The notes: generated from the letters alone by a model not told the origin. A stretch of 64,000 bases of DNA from a virus (IMGVR_UViG_3300042322_000140:64228-128227), one strand, 5' to 3'. Positions 1 to 11,136 are shown, numbered from the stretch's first letter. Translations and numbers: made by a program.

Positions 1-72
1 CAAATAAGATTGTTTGTGGTGCGTGACTTGCCATTTTTAATTTTAATTTTAGTTATTATTTATTTATTGTTA

Positions 73-738
73 TTATACTTTTTGTAGTGCTCTTTGCATA
101 TCTATTTGATATTTTGCATCTCCACTATTCCCTTCAAATAAGCTCGCTGCCATTGATATAATTCTATCTAAGAATTTGTTATCAAACTCTGGTGCAAACT
201 GTTCATTAAACGGGCTTTCGGGATCATCTTCAACTATTGTTTTTATTTGTACTGGGTATCTGTAGTAAGTTAAGTATAACTCATCATTTGAAAAACAGTC
301 TTTATAAACATATAAGTTGTTTGAAGATATTGAGAATGGTGCTTCTCTAGCTATAAAAGAGGGCTTATTAAATTCATCTTGTAGTATCTCTATCTTATTG
401 TCATCTTTTATTTCGTAAAGGTTAATTTTTTGTCCTTTACATGTGCTATTAGATGCTTTTGTATAAGCAGAGGAAAGATCGAAATAATTTTTTGGTAGTT
501 CAAAAGTGTCTGCATATTCAACAGAGTCTTTCTTTTGTATTTTAAAATTAGTTACTAGTACTTGTTGTATATATCTAATTTCATCATTTTTTTTGTTGTC
601 TAAGATGTATTCTATCATCTTATTTTGAGCTTCATTGAATACAACTACAAATCTACCTCTATCTCCTGCAACATTTGAATTTTCAAAGTTGTCGTTTACT
701 TTTAGTAAAAATTTTATATAAGCTTGTTCTGTAGTCAT
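73..738 (-). CDS. hypothetical protein, distal gene of the head/packaging operon
   Basis: 221-aa ORF with no opposite-strand competitor; lies in the minus-strand structural operon downstream of the capsid gene. Confidence 0.5.
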   Translation of the reverse strand: MTTEQAYIKFLLKVNDNFENSNVAGDRGRFVVVFNEAQNKMIEYILDNKKNDEIRYIQQVLVTNFKIQKKDSVEYADTFELPKNYFDLSSAYTKASNSTCKGQKINLYEIKDDNKIEILQDEFNKPSFIAREAPFSISSNNLYVYKDCFSNDELYLTYYRYPVQIKTIVEDDPESPFNEQFAPEFDNKFLDRIISMAASLFEGNSGDAKYQIDMQRALQKV

Positions 739-783
739 TTTTGTTTTAAAAAAAGGGGATAATTAAATACCCCCGTATTTATG

Positions 784-1755
784 TTACTCAAGAAGTCCTG
801 TGAAAATCTGTTTTAATTCCTTGTCGTCTTTTACTTTTCTAGCAGCATTTTTCCAGCCACTTTCTACAAAGACATCATCTATCCAGATTTCTCCTTTTTT
901 ATTTTTTACTTTACCTTTAATATAAAGTTCTTTTAATTTTGAATGGATATAAATTTCTTCTCCTCCATCTTCTGTTTGATATTTCTCTACTGTTTCAATA
1001 AAGACTTTATCATTTTGAAACTTGTCTTCTTTAGATTTTATGAAGTTTCCAAATACTGTATACAGTACTCCGTCTTCTGTTGCTTTATTAGCACTTATTC
1101 CTAAGTAATCTAATACTCTAATTAATCCTTCTCTATCTGAACCTAATAAGTTATAGAATAAGGCAGATGCTTTAGCTTGTCTCATTTCTTTTTCGGCCTC
1201 AACAGATATAGAACTGTCTTTGTCAACAATACAATACATTGAAATAGGTTGTTTAAACTCTGGATGAGATTCCATATGCTTAGGTGTAACTCTTCTGTGT
1301 ATTAGTAATAAATATAATCTAAGTAAATCTTCAGCTTTAGATGTGTCAAATACTTTTCCTCTTTGTAAATCAATTCTAAAAGAATCCCAAAAAAGATTAT
1401 TTTTTGAATTTTGGTCAAGGACATCTACTCCTTTTTCTGCTTCAATAGGTTTTATGATATTCTCCCTTATTGATTTTAATGCTTCTACTCTAAAGTCTGA
1501 ATGAATAGCTCTCATAAAAGAGCTTGAAGTAGGGTATAACCCAGTGTCCCAGATACCTCTTTCTCTGTCAAATACTGCTCCAGGGAATGTATCTACTATA
1601 GTGTCACTTAATACTTTTGTTGTATTAAATTCTTTAAATCCATCTGGTGCAGATGTATCTAACTTTTCTTTTATTTCATACAGTGTATCTTTTTTAATCT
1701 CGAAGTCGTAGATTTTAAGAATTACATTACCTGTATCCTTGCTTTTTACTGCCAT
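784..1755 (-). CDS. hypothetical structural-module protein
   Basis: 323-aa ORF, tightly packed downstream of the putative capsid gene; no recognisable motif. Confidence 0.5.
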   Translation of the reverse strand: MAVKSKDTGNVILKIYDFEIKKDTLYEIKEKLDTSAPDGFKEFNTTKVLSDTIVDTFPGAVFDRERGIWDTGLYPTSSSFMRAIHSDFRVEALKSIRENIIKPIEAEKGVDVLDQNSKNNLFWDSFRIDLQRGKVFDTSKAEDLLRLYLLLIHRRVTPKHMESHPEFKQPISMYCIVDKDSSISVEAEKEMRQAKASALFYNLLGSDREGLIRVLDYLGISANKATEDGVLYTVFGNFIKSKEDKFQNDKVFIETVEKYQTEDGGEEIYIHSKLKELYIKGKVKNKKGEIWIDDVFVESGWKNAARKVKDDKELKQIFTGLLE

Positions 1756-1914
1756 GTTTTTTATTTTTGGTTACTTAACTTTTTTCTGTGTTGGGTTGTA
1801 TTCTTTGGTTGGTTTGGTTATGCAAAATTACAAATTTTATTTGGTTCTTGCAAATTCGTTAAATATCTTACCCCACCAATTTAGATAGGGTAAGATTTAT
1901 TTAACTATTTAATA

Positions 1915-3609
1915 TTAGTTGAAACCTTTTCTTCCAGCTTCGTCTAATTCAATCATTACGAAACGGGTTAAATCTCTAACGTGAATATCTGCGATATTAA
2001 ATGCCCAGAACTCTTGTCCGATTTGTTTCATAGAAGACATTACATCTCCAGCTTTTCTGTAATCATAACGACCATTAGTAGTTCCCCAATAGCACATTTC
2101 GCCTTGTGGTTTTACTAAGTAGATGTTAGCTCCAGAATTACCACCGTCTACTAAAGTAGCACCTTTTGGTAAAGCTTTGTTATTAGAATACATTTGATCT
2201 TCTACATCCCAAATAACCATTGAGTAAGCTGTTGGTGATAAGTTTTCTGGGTGGAATCCACCTGCTAAACGGTCAACACCTTCCATCATGTTCAATGATG
2301 TATCTTCTTCAATTTCTACACTTCCAATTCCTGGAATGAATACTTTTGTAAAACGGATTGGCACATACTCTAAGTTAAATGGATCATTTCCACGAACTGG
2401 GTTAGGTATAGTTCTTTCTGTTCCTAAGAATGTGTTCAATGATGCATTTTGAGAGTTTACTTCATCAGAGAAGATCTCTAAAATGTTTTGGTATGCATAT
2501 TTACCACATTTGAATTTCAAACGTCTTTCAACGTCTTGTTTGAATGGGTTGATACGGAATACATATTCTGCAGCTTCTTTCAAGTGATCACGAGTGATTC
2601 CACCTGGACGACCATACTTAACAAGTTTTCCACGTCTCAATTGGTGCCATAAACCTTCGTTTAATCTAGCAACTCCATTTGAATCACGAACTGTAGCGGC
2701 ACGTTGGAATAAAAGTTTTTGAGCAGTTAAACGCTCTAATTCTCTCATTGTCAAGAACTCCATTGTAGCTCCGATTTTTGCATTTTTCATATCTGGAACT
2801 TTCTTACCACCTTTAGTGATTAAGTTAGTCAATACTGCATAATCGTTACCACCAAATTCAGATTGTAATTTGTCTAAGTAAGATTTAGATTGTGCGTCTG
2901 CTCCAGAGAATGATTTAGAATCAGCCATACCTGTAATGTAAGCTTCAACTCCTGATGCAGATCCTAAACGGAACTCACATCTCATTGTACCTACTGTATC
3001 TGGCATATCAAAGTGCGAGAAGTTAGTACCTCTTTCTCCTAAGATAGCATGTCCTACTTTAAAGTATTGAATACCTTTAGATAAGTTAGAAGCTAAGAAC
3101 CAAGTGCTCTTATCATTGTCTGCTAATTTTACTGTGTGTTCGAATCCTTCACCTACAGCTACTACAGGCTCTTCACCAGAAACGATGATTTGTTGACCGT
3201 AGTATTTATCATTTGATAATACATCTCCTGTTGTAAAAGATCTGTTTAATACAATTTTAAAAGTACTTCCATCAACACCTGGGTAAGCTTGGCTAGATGT
3301 ATCACGAGTTGTATAGCAACCTTTGTACTCTTCTACAGCGATGTCGTATGTGAAACCTCCGTCCCATCCATTAACTTCAAGGATAGCTTTGTTTTGTAAT
3401 AATTCTCTAAGAATACCGTAGCTTCTTACTGCTTGTTTTCCCCACAAGTTCATCAAACCTAAGTGATGCTTGTTTGGGTCTTCTTTGTACCATGAGTAAA
3501 GTGAAGGTAAGTCTTGTGCACCACCGATTGAAGAAACTGTTTTCTTGTCTGTGAACATTATTACTTGGTCTCCATTTACAACGAAGGGAATGTTTTGTTG
3601 TGTTACCAT
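1915..3609 (-). CDS. putative major capsid protein
   Basis: 564-aa ORF directly downstream (minus strand) of terminase, portal and acidic scaffold. This is the canonical TerL-portal-scaffold-MCP order. The call rests on synteny only. Confidence 0.45.
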   Translation of the reverse strand: MVTQQNIPFVVNGDQVIMFTDKKTVSSIGGAQDLPSLYSWYKEDPNKHHLGLMNLWGKQAVRSYGILRELLQNKAILEVNGWDGGFTYDIAVEEYKGCYTTRDTSSQAYPGVDGSTFKIVLNRSFTTGDVLSNDKYYGQQIIVSGEEPVVAVGEGFEHTVKLADNDKSTWFLASNLSKGIQYFKVGHAILGERGTNFSHFDMPDTVGTMRCEFRLGSASGVEAYITGMADSKSFSGADAQSKSYLDKLQSEFGGNDYAVLTNLITKGGKKVPDMKNAKIGATMEFLTMRELERLTAQKLLFQRAATVRDSNGVARLNEGLWHQLRRGKLVKYGRPGGITRDHLKEAAEYVFRINPFKQDVERRLKFKCGKYAYQNILEIFSDEVNSQNASLNTFLGTERTIPNPVRGNDPFNLEYVPIRFTKVFIPGIGSVEIEEDTSLNMMEGVDRLAGGFHPENLSPTAYSMVIWDVEDQMYSNNKALPKGATLVDGGNSGANIYLVKPQGEMCYWGTTNGRYDYRKAGDVMSSMKQIGQEFWAFNIADIHVRDLTRFVMIELDEAGRKGFN

Positions 3610-3651
3610 TTTTAATTTAATTTAATTTAATTTATTGTTTATTATTGTTTA

Positions 3652-4791
3652 TTAATCGAAATTCAATGATTCAAGAGGAGATATTGGTGATGTCTCTTCT
3701 TGTTTTGTTCTTGATACTCTTGTAGTATCTTGTACAATTTTTATCTTTTTTAAGTTTTCTAACTGTACGTTCTTTTTAGTTTCTGAAGTTACCCTCTTAA
3801 TGTATGTCTCTTTATCTAACATAAATTGAATAAGCTCTTTTGCTTTTTTAGGATCGTTCATCCATTCTTCATATATGTTATCTATTTCAAAAGATCCATT
3901 TTCATCTTTCTTAGTAGCTACATCAACAAACTTTCTAGTTAGGTTTTCTGATACACCTTCTTGTTTAAATTCTGATGCTAAACCTTTTCTATACTCTTTT
4001 ATTCTTTCTACTTCTTCTTTTTGCTCAGCTATAAGTTCTTGCTCTTTATTCTCAAGACCTTTGTAAAATTGTTGTCTTTGATAGTCAACTATTTTTTGAG
4101 CTTTTACATCAATTGTTAAGTCTTTTTTGGAAGATTCTACTAAAGCTCTTGTTTCAGAAGGGCTGTGTCCAATTATATTTTGGTAGTACCATGCTAATAC
4201 TTCTGCATTATGCCCATCATTATCTTCATCATATCCTTGAAAAGGCTCTTTTAAAGATTCTGGGTTTTGAAATAAAGCTTTTGCTAAATCGAGGTCTCCA
4301 CTCTTAACTATATTGATAAGACGTTTTTTAACCTCATCTAACCCCTCAATATCAACATACTTAGATTTTAACTCTTCGTCTTTTTGATCTTTTATGGCTT
4401 TTTCAAGGTTTTTAAAAGTGTCCTTATCTATATTGTCTAATTCAGAAAGAAGTTTTTCTGTACCGTCTTCTGTTTCAATTAGTACGTCTTCCCATTCTCC
4501 TGAGTCTAATCTATCTTTTACAATATCAAAATATATTGCATCTGAATTATTAAAGACTATTTCTTCTTTGTTCTCTTTTTTAGAAGGTTCATTCTTTTCT
4601 ACAACTACTTCTTCTTTTTCTTCTTTGTCGTCATTTTTTTCAGAATCGTCTGAGCTATCTTCCTTTTCGTCTGATAAGTCAATACTAACTTCTTCATCTT
4701 TTTTTGGATTAGCTCCCTCTTCTAATGAAAAATCGTTAAATTCTAGTAATTGTTCAAATGACAGTTCTTCTTGGTTTTGTTCTGTTCTCAT
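3652..4791 (-). CDS. acidic scaffolding-like protein
   Basis: 379 aa, extremely D/E/K-rich and low-complexity (EKEDSSDDSEKNDDKEEKEEVVVEK...). Sits between the portal and capsid genes. Confidence 0.45.
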   Translation of the reverse strand: MRTEQNQEELSFEQLLEFNDFSLEEGANPKKDEEVSIDLSDEKEDSSDDSEKNDDKEEKEEVVVEKNEPSKKENKEEIVFNNSDAIYFDIVKDRLDSGEWEDVLIETEDGTEKLLSELDNIDKDTFKNLEKAIKDQKDEELKSKYVDIEGLDEVKKRLINIVKSGDLDLAKALFQNPESLKEPFQGYDEDNDGHNAEVLAWYYQNIIGHSPSETRALVESSKKDLTIDVKAQKIVDYQRQQFYKGLENKEQELIAEQKEEVERIKEYRKGLASEFKQEGVSENLTRKFVDVATKKDENGSFEIDNIYEEWMNDPKKAKELIQFMLDKETYIKRVTSETKKNVQLENLKKIKIVQDTTRVSRTKQEETSPISPLESLNFD

Positions 4792-4895
4792 TTCTTGTGC
4801 AAAATTAGTGGTTTTTTTTGTAACTGCAAAATTAGTTAAAATTTGCCTTTCTTAAATTCCTGTTGTTAAATTATTTTTAATTAGTTAAATATTAT

Positions 4896-7673
4896 TTAAT
4901 TTTTGTTAATCTCTGCTATGTATCTATCATTCATCATAGATCTATCTTTTTGCTCTAGTTGTTTAATTTTAACCTCTAGATCTTTACTCATAGCGTCTGC
5001 CTTATCTGTTATTTGTTGTTCTTGTAGTCCTAGTCTTCTATCATTAATATCCATGTCGCTACTTGCCTTCATTTCTTTCAGTGCCATATCTGCTTGTAGG
5101 CTAATATTCTTGAAAGATTTTGCATCTGCGTCTTTGTCTGCGGCTCTACCTTGTGCTTGTATCTCCTCTTGCATAATTCTAGCTTCTCTATCTCTTTGAT
5201 TTTGGTCAGCCAGCCAAGCCCTATCTGCATTTTTCTCAGTAGCTGCACCTTGTATTTGTTTATCAGCAAGTTCTTGCTCGTGAGCTCTTTGTGCTTCAGT
5301 TTCTTTTTGTTTTTCGCCTCTTCCTTTTTTACCTATGGCTACAAGCTCTACTATTGTATCTGCTGAGAATAACTCTGCATAGTCAAGTAAATCGCTTCCT
5401 AAAGTGTTCATATTTAATAGGGCTTGTTTCATTGTTTCAAGCTCTCTACGTTTTTTAGGATCATTTACTGGGAATACTCCAATTCTTCTTAGTGGAAAAT
5501 CTGGATCTGATAAGTGCATAAATATTTTATCCCCATCAGAGTTTGAGAATACAAAATCAACATCTAGGTATTCTTTTTGACAATACTGTGCTATTGATAA
5601 ATGTAGCTCCATAGCTTTTCTTCTAGCAACTGCCATTGTATTAAATATATCAGCTGTTTGCATATAAGAAGCTTCTGTACCTTGTTTTACACCTGTGGCT
5701 GTCTCATACACGCTTGGTTGCCCTAATCTCTGTGGTGTTATACCAATTTGCTCTAAGGCTTTTCTTTGGTAGTATTCAGATAATTGTATTCTGCTATTTA
5801 TTTGTTTGTCAAAAGATATGTCTTGGGTCATGAACGTGTTCATTTGTCCATTTGCCCCTGCCATGTTCTGCTTGGTGGTATCTAAAGGTACTAATCCAAC
5901 ATCTTTTGCTAAATCTCTAAGCTTGCTTAATGACTCTTCAATTGTACCATGGTCTTTGTACTCCGATGGTAAGAAGTTTATATCAAATAAGAAAAACATA
6001 CCAATTTCTTTTTCGAGTAAGTTAAATATCTGGTTTAAACAAATATTATACCCAATTTGGTATGGTCTAAGCTTTTGTGCTATTGAAGATGCTATAATAC
6101 CACCAACTGGTATCTTTACATCAAATATATTAGATTCTCCTCTTATTTGGTAAGGTAGTGGCTCTACTCCTAAGTAAAGATTCTCTGTTAAGAAAGAGTT
6201 ACCAGCATTTATTTTTGTACCTTGCCAAATTTCAGGTACCCAAAACTCATACATACAGTTTGTTTCTAGATCTTTCTGTATATCTTTTAAAGCTTTTGTT
6301 GTAACCTTTTTTATATTATTTTCTTTTACAAATTCAGGTAGTATGTCATCTGTTACAATTGCTGTGTCTTCATATCCTGCTTCTGTTGTATAGTTTATAA
6401 ACCACATTCTTTTCCAGCTTCTCCAGTATGATTCGGTAACTTGTAATAAATCTTTTCTTACATTTATATCGTCTCTTTGTATTCTGCTGTAGTTATATGA
6501 GAGGTTATTATTGTTTTGGAATGGGCTTAGCCAGTTTGGTATTCTTTGTTGTCCGTCTGGTGTGTCTACTAGTACTTCTCCCATTGGTATATCCAATGCG
6601 TCCTGTATTTGTAAACCCATGTCGTAATTATAGTAGTTATGAAAAGGTAAAGTCTGAACTTGTCCAAACATCCCATTATTCATAGCATTTTTCCATGATT
6701 GTACTTGGGAACTAGCATTACCACCATCGGTTTCTGCATAGTTTATATTCAATTTTTTTATCTCATTAGAACTAAGTAAGTGTGAGTACCTTTTTATAAT
6801 GTCTGATGGAGATATATAAAAAACTCTACCAACATACTCACAGTCTTGTGGGTTTTCGGCAGTTACATCTTGTGAAAAGAATGTTTCTAAAGGTGACCAT
6901 CTTTCTGGTTTATAATAGTCATACCCTATATAATAGTTTCTAAAAAATCTTCCGGTAACTAAGTAATCTTCCATCTCTTGTTTGTCCAGCTTGTCCATAT
7001 AGAATCTTTGCTGATCTTTCTCAATAACATGTTCTGCCCACTCTGCGGCTTTTGTTTTCCAGTCTTTCATTTCCTTCTCAATCTGAGATGGGGATACGAT
7101 TTTTGCTTTCTCTTGCTCAAGCATTTGCATATACTGCTGTTGCTCTTCTTCACTTTTGAAATCTTGCTTATTAGGGTTTATCCCCATTTTATTAAGCTCA
7201 ATATCTAACTCTTTTTTGAATGTTTCTAGTGCATACTCTCTAACTCTATTTGTTCTTTCTCTTAGATATTCATTTTGAGAAATATCATCAATAGTGTCTA
7301 CTTTAAAGTCATCTTTTTGTTCAAGCCACTCTCCTACTAACTGTCTAGTAATAATACCTATAAAATCATAATGTTTTACAAATGTAGGTATTCCTACGCT
7401 GTCTCCTAAGTCTCTAACTCTATTTAAAACTTGGTTATCAGTCTCATAGTCTGAATATGCAAGTCTACCTTCTAGCATCTTATAAAGATCTCTGAATTTA
7501 ACATTCTCGCCTAGTTGAGATATTCCTATGGACTCAAGTGCGTCCATATTTTTCTTCTTCCATGCTAGCTTTTCTTTTTGGCTATCAGGAACTGTTTGTG
7601 TTGGAAGAGAGTGGGTAGAAGAAACTGATGTTCCAACCCCATTATAAAAAGAGTGTAAGTTATGACTGTCCAT
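4896..7673 (-). CDS. putative portal protein with long C-terminal coiled-coil/charged extension
   Basis: 925 aa, second gene after TerL. The C-terminal roughly 150 aa are charged with heptad-like repeats. The call rests on position and size. Confidence 0.5.
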   Translation of the reverse strand: MDSHNLHSFYNGVGTSVSSTHSLPTQTVPDSQKEKLAWKKKNMDALESIGISQLGENVKFRDLYKMLEGRLAYSDYETDNQVLNRVRDLGDSVGIPTFVKHYDFIGIITRQLVGEWLEQKDDFKVDTIDDISQNEYLRERTNRVREYALETFKKELDIELNKMGINPNKQDFKSEEEQQQYMQMLEQEKAKIVSPSQIEKEMKDWKTKAAEWAEHVIEKDQQRFYMDKLDKQEMEDYLVTGRFFRNYYIGYDYYKPERWSPLETFFSQDVTAENPQDCEYVGRVFYISPSDIIKRYSHLLSSNEIKKLNINYAETDGGNASSQVQSWKNAMNNGMFGQVQTLPFHNYYNYDMGLQIQDALDIPMGEVLVDTPDGQQRIPNWLSPFQNNNNLSYNYSRIQRDDINVRKDLLQVTESYWRSWKRMWFINYTTEAGYEDTAIVTDDILPEFVKENNIKKVTTKALKDIQKDLETNCMYEFWVPEIWQGTKINAGNSFLTENLYLGVEPLPYQIRGESNIFDVKIPVGGIIASSIAQKLRPYQIGYNICLNQIFNLLEKEIGMFFLFDINFLPSEYKDHGTIEESLSKLRDLAKDVGLVPLDTTKQNMAGANGQMNTFMTQDISFDKQINSRIQLSEYYQRKALEQIGITPQRLGQPSVYETATGVKQGTEASYMQTADIFNTMAVARRKAMELHLSIAQYCQKEYLDVDFVFSNSDGDKIFMHLSDPDFPLRRIGVFPVNDPKKRRELETMKQALLNMNTLGSDLLDYAELFSADTIVELVAIGKKGRGEKQKETEAQRAHEQELADKQIQGAATEKNADRAWLADQNQRDREARIMQEEIQAQGRAADKDADAKSFKNISLQADMALKEMKASSDMDINDRRLGLQEQQITDKADAMSKDLEVKIKQLEQKDRSMMNDRYIAEINKN

Positions 7674-7733
7674 TATATATTTTTAAACCGCAAAATTAGT
7701 TAAAATTTTTGACAACACAAAATTAGTTAAAAA

Positions 7734-10499
7734 TTAGAAATACTTTTTTGGTCTACTTGAAGATCCATATAGTCTTTCTGCTAAACTTCTTTCTGGTTGT
7801 TTTTTTACATTTTCTTCTTTATTTGTCTTCCTACTATTTAGTACTGGAAGCATATAGTTATTGAATAAATAAAACTCATATCCTAAACATGACATAAATG
7901 ATGTAATTCTATCTACGTTATTTTCTTTTTTATAGGTTATTATCTCATCTAATAATCCAATATCATTTATCATTTGTACACCTAATACGGTCTTTTCTTC
8001 ACCGTTTTCATCTTGTATTATAAACTCCTGTCTCATATAGTTTTTTACTAGGCCTAATAAGAATCTCTTATTTTCTGGGCTTGGGTTCCAACCATATCTT
8101 CTTCTACCATTAGACTGTTGTGTCATATCTGATTTAAAATCCATAGATTCAACAAGCCATAAATCTGTTGCTCTTTTTCTATCTAGGTATTCCTTAAACC
8201 CCATATCGGCATTCTCCATAAATGCTTTTGCGTTAAATGCCTGCATTAGTAAAAAAATCTGTCTATATAGTTTGTTATGTGGGTCCGGCCTTGATGCAAC
8301 TGAGGCTACAATTCTACCACACCACTTATCCATACCTATATTTACTTTGTATATGTGGAATGAACCAACAGAGTCTGTTCCAGACTCTTCCTGCTTGTAA
8401 TCATCAAATCCCCCTACATACAAATATGATACCGGTTTTGTTGTTGGTAGCTCTTCATACAATACAACTGGTGCATCTACAAATCCTCCATTATGTGGGT
8501 ATTCTGCAAGCTCTTTGTTGTTCATCTCATAGAATATCTTTCCTGTACCATCTTGCATGATAGTTACTTTTTTACCACAGTTCCCAGACTCTAGTAGGTA
8601 TTCTTTATGTCTCTTGGCCTCTAATGCTGGGAATGGGTTTTCTTCAGAAGACATAAAACAATCTTCTGGGTCTAGTGGGTATTGAACTCTTTTCTGTTGT
8701 TCTAATAACTGTCCTTTTGATCCACCTACCGCTCTTGATTCTTCTAATACTGTCTTAAGTAGCTTTGTATTGTTTTCCCAATTTGTAGTGTGTATCATTA
8801 TTTTATCTAGCTCATCTGAGTCGTCTATATCAAGAAATCTAGAAAAAGCTTGTTGTTTCTTAATAAAACCTTCCTCATATGCCATCTGCCCTGGGAAAAA
8901 AGTTGCAAACTTTCTTCTTTTCCAAGTTATATGTTCTGGGTCTATTTTATTTTCTAATAGGTCCCAATCCATAGGTAGTAAGTCATAGGCCTCTGGGTTT
9001 GAGAGTACATCAACTGCATCTCTTGATAGATCTGCTTCTCCACCTGTACCTGCTAATACTGTAACACACTTAAATCCATAAGGGGTCTTAAAAGATGGTA
9101 ATGCAGCAAGATAAGGTTTTAAAAATGCGTACTTTCCTATCTCATCATATATAGATACTGATGGTGCTAGACCTGCTGTCTTTTGTGTTTTTGATTTTGC
9201 TCCAGATTCAAGATTCTGTACAATTAGTGTAGAAAACACTATTGGATTTGATGCATCTTCTTTTATACCAAAGGTGGTCTCTCCATTATCCCACTCTTGC
9301 TTTAAAATATCTATTTGTAATGGCTTATCAATATAAGTCATTGAGGTTTTAATCTTACTTGTCAATGCATTTATATCTGATGAGCTACCGCCAATAACGG
9401 AGCCAAAAGAATTAAACTTTGTTATTGTTCTCCAGTGTGCTAATGATGCTAATATTACAGACTTACCAAAACGCCTAGTGCCATACATTAGTAATGCTTT
9501 GGAGTAGTAATTTTCATTTTCTGGATTGATTGCTTTTTTTAAATTTTCTGCAAAAAACCACTCATTATCTCTAAGGTCAGGTTGTATGTTTGGCTCTGAT
9601 CCGTTTGGTTGAGGTATTGGTGTTCTAAAGAAATTAAGGTGAAAGTATAACCATGGGTGTACAAAGTATCCAGATATTGTTACGCCATATGTTATTTTGT
9701 TTATCTCCTCTGACCAGAATTGTAAGACAACAGGGTCTTGATCAAAAAAGTGTTTTTTACTATTCCATTTTGGAATATCTCTTGGATTCATATTTATAAA
9801 CATCTCTTTTGATGTTCTCAAATGCCAATCTACTGGGACTTTTTCTATTGCCTCTCTTGCGTCCTCCCTTAAAAGCATCAATGGTTCTCTCATAAGAAGA
9901 GATGCTTTTTCATCTTTAAAGAATTTTATTACTGTATTGTCTGTGTCGTTTGATATATTAAGTTTTGAAAGCTTTTCCTGTATTTTTATTTTTTCATTAA
10001 ATACTGTATCTTGGAAAACAATTTCGTATGTCTTATAATCAATATCATTCTCTGTTTCAGCCTCTTGAGTAAGTACATCCATGTTATACTTTAAGTAGTC
10101 ATCACACTTGCTAATATGCAAAGTGATTATATCTACTGTTTCATCTATAAAATCCTGCGTTTTTTTTAGGCTCCTATCACCACTTGCTTCAGATATAAAC
10201 ACAGAAAGCCTACCAAGTATAGACGTGGTAAGCTCATTTTCCTGCTTAAATAAAGCCTCTTTAGTTTTTTTAGTGTAGTCAGATAAATCTTTTATCCTTT
10301 TCTCTACCTCTTTTAATTTTTTGCTTGTGCCTGAAGAATCACTATCCTGTGTTTGTAGGCTCAAAATCTCTTGCGAAAATTCTGTCATCCTTTCTTCATA
10401 CTTTGAATTGTTGTTCCAAGTATTTGACTCAATAACTTTTTTATTTCTCCTAAAGTATTCCTTATGGTTTTTTATAAAGTTGTCAATGTATTCAGACAT
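7734..10499 (-). CDS. terL: terminase large subunit with unusually long N-terminal extension
   Basis: 921 aa. Walker A-like LLMYGTRRFGKSVILASLAHW at about residue 335. Acidic GGFDDY near the C-terminal RNaseH-like region. It is the first large gene of the packaging operon. Confidence 0.65.
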   Translation of the reverse strand: MSEYIDNFIKNHKEYFRRNKKVIESNTWNNNSKYEERMTEFSQEILSLQTQDSDSSGTSKKLKEVEKRIKDLSDYTKKTKEALFKQENELTTSILGRLSVFISEASGDRSLKKTQDFIDETVDIITLHISKCDDYLKYNMDVLTQEAETENDIDYKTYEIVFQDTVFNEKIKIQEKLSKLNISNDTDNTVIKFFKDEKASLLMREPLMLLREDAREAIEKVPVDWHLRTSKEMFINMNPRDIPKWNSKKHFFDQDPVVLQFWSEEINKITYGVTISGYFVHPWLYFHLNFFRTPIPQPNGSEPNIQPDLRDNEWFFAENLKKAINPENENYYSKALLMYGTRRFGKSVILASLAHWRTITKFNSFGSVIGGSSSDINALTSKIKTSMTYIDKPLQIDILKQEWDNGETTFGIKEDASNPIVFSTLIVQNLESGAKSKTQKTAGLAPSVSIYDEIGKYAFLKPYLAALPSFKTPYGFKCVTVLAGTGGEADLSRDAVDVLSNPEAYDLLPMDWDLLENKIDPEHITWKRRKFATFFPGQMAYEEGFIKKQQAFSRFLDIDDSDELDKIMIHTTNWENNTKLLKTVLEESRAVGGSKGQLLEQQKRVQYPLDPEDCFMSSEENPFPALEAKRHKEYLLESGNCGKKVTIMQDGTGKIFYEMNNKELAEYPHNGGFVDAPVVLYEELPTTKPVSYLYVGGFDDYKQEESGTDSVGSFHIYKVNIGMDKWCGRIVASVASRPDPHNKLYRQIFLLMQAFNAKAFMENADMGFKEYLDRKRATDLWLVESMDFKSDMTQQSNGRRRYGWNPSPENKRFLLGLVKNYMRQEFIIQDENGEEKTVLGVQMINDIGLLDEIITYKKENNVDRITSFMSCLGYEFYLFNNYMLPVLNSRKTNKEENVKKQPERSLAERLYGSSSRPKKYF

Positions 10500-10939
10500 T
10501 ATGTCGCTTGTGTTTTCTTTAATAAATCCTTGAAGAAATCGCTATCTAAGAATTTTGCTCTTTCTTCTTCTAGTAAGCCGGTTTCTGTCTCCACTAAATC
10601 ATTTTTTTCAACTACAAATACTCTTTTTGGGGCCCAGTTTTTCATCTCTGTATAAAATACAGTAACTTCTTCTGGCAACTCTTCTGTAAAGAACTCTTTG
10701 TATAGCTCTATTGCATTTATAAGCTTTAAGAACATAAGTTGCAGATCTTTATTATACAATATTGTGTCTACATATACGTGCACAAGTATTTGTTGTAACT
10801 CTTCTACATTTTTTCCTGAAACTACATCTTTAAGATTGCCTTTATCTTTTGCTAACTTCTCATTTTTTAGCTTTACGATGCTTTCAAACTCTTTATACTC
10901 TACATATAAAGCAACTACTTTTTCTTTTACTAATTCCAT
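10499..10939 (-). CDS. hypothetical protein (candidate small terminase, by position only)
   Basis: 146-aa ORF immediately upstream of terL on the same strand. Confidence 0.3.
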   Translation of the reverse strand: MELVKEKVVALYVEYKEFESIVKLKNEKLAKDKGNLKDVVSGKNVEELQQILVHVYVDTILYNKDLQLMFLKLINAIELYKEFFTEELPEEVTVFYTEMKNWAPKRVFVVEKNDLVETETGLLEEERAKFLDSDFFKDLLKKTQAT

Positions 10940-10940
10940 A

Positions 10941-11135
10941 CTATACTTCTTTTTCTTCTTGTCTTGTTTTTTCTATAGCAGAAAATATATCTTCATCTGA
11001 AACTTTCATTATGTCAGATATTTTACTTGCCCCTGTAAGTCTCAATGCACTATACAATAATTCTCCTAGAGTATACTCTGGAAACTCTTTTGAAAAATCT
11101 TGTAACTCTCTTATTGCGTTATTTTTAAAATTCAT
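10941..11135 (-). CDS. hypothetical small protein
   Basis: 64-aa ORF packed in the minus-strand operon. Confidence 0.35.
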   Translation of the reverse strand: MNFKNNAIRELQDFSKEFPEYTLGELLYSALRLTGASKISDIMKVSDEDIFSAIEKTRQEEKEV

Positions 11136-11136
11136 A

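Noticed and set aside
3875-5366. Plus-strand ORFs (3875..4066, 4113..4307, 4394..4855, 4903..5199, 5151..5366) antisense to the scaffold and portal genes.
   Set aside because: They have Ser/Leu/Phe-rich low-complexity translations. These are mirror images of the acidic or coiled-coil coding sequence on the minus strand. They sit inside much longer, better ORFs. They are shadow ORFs.
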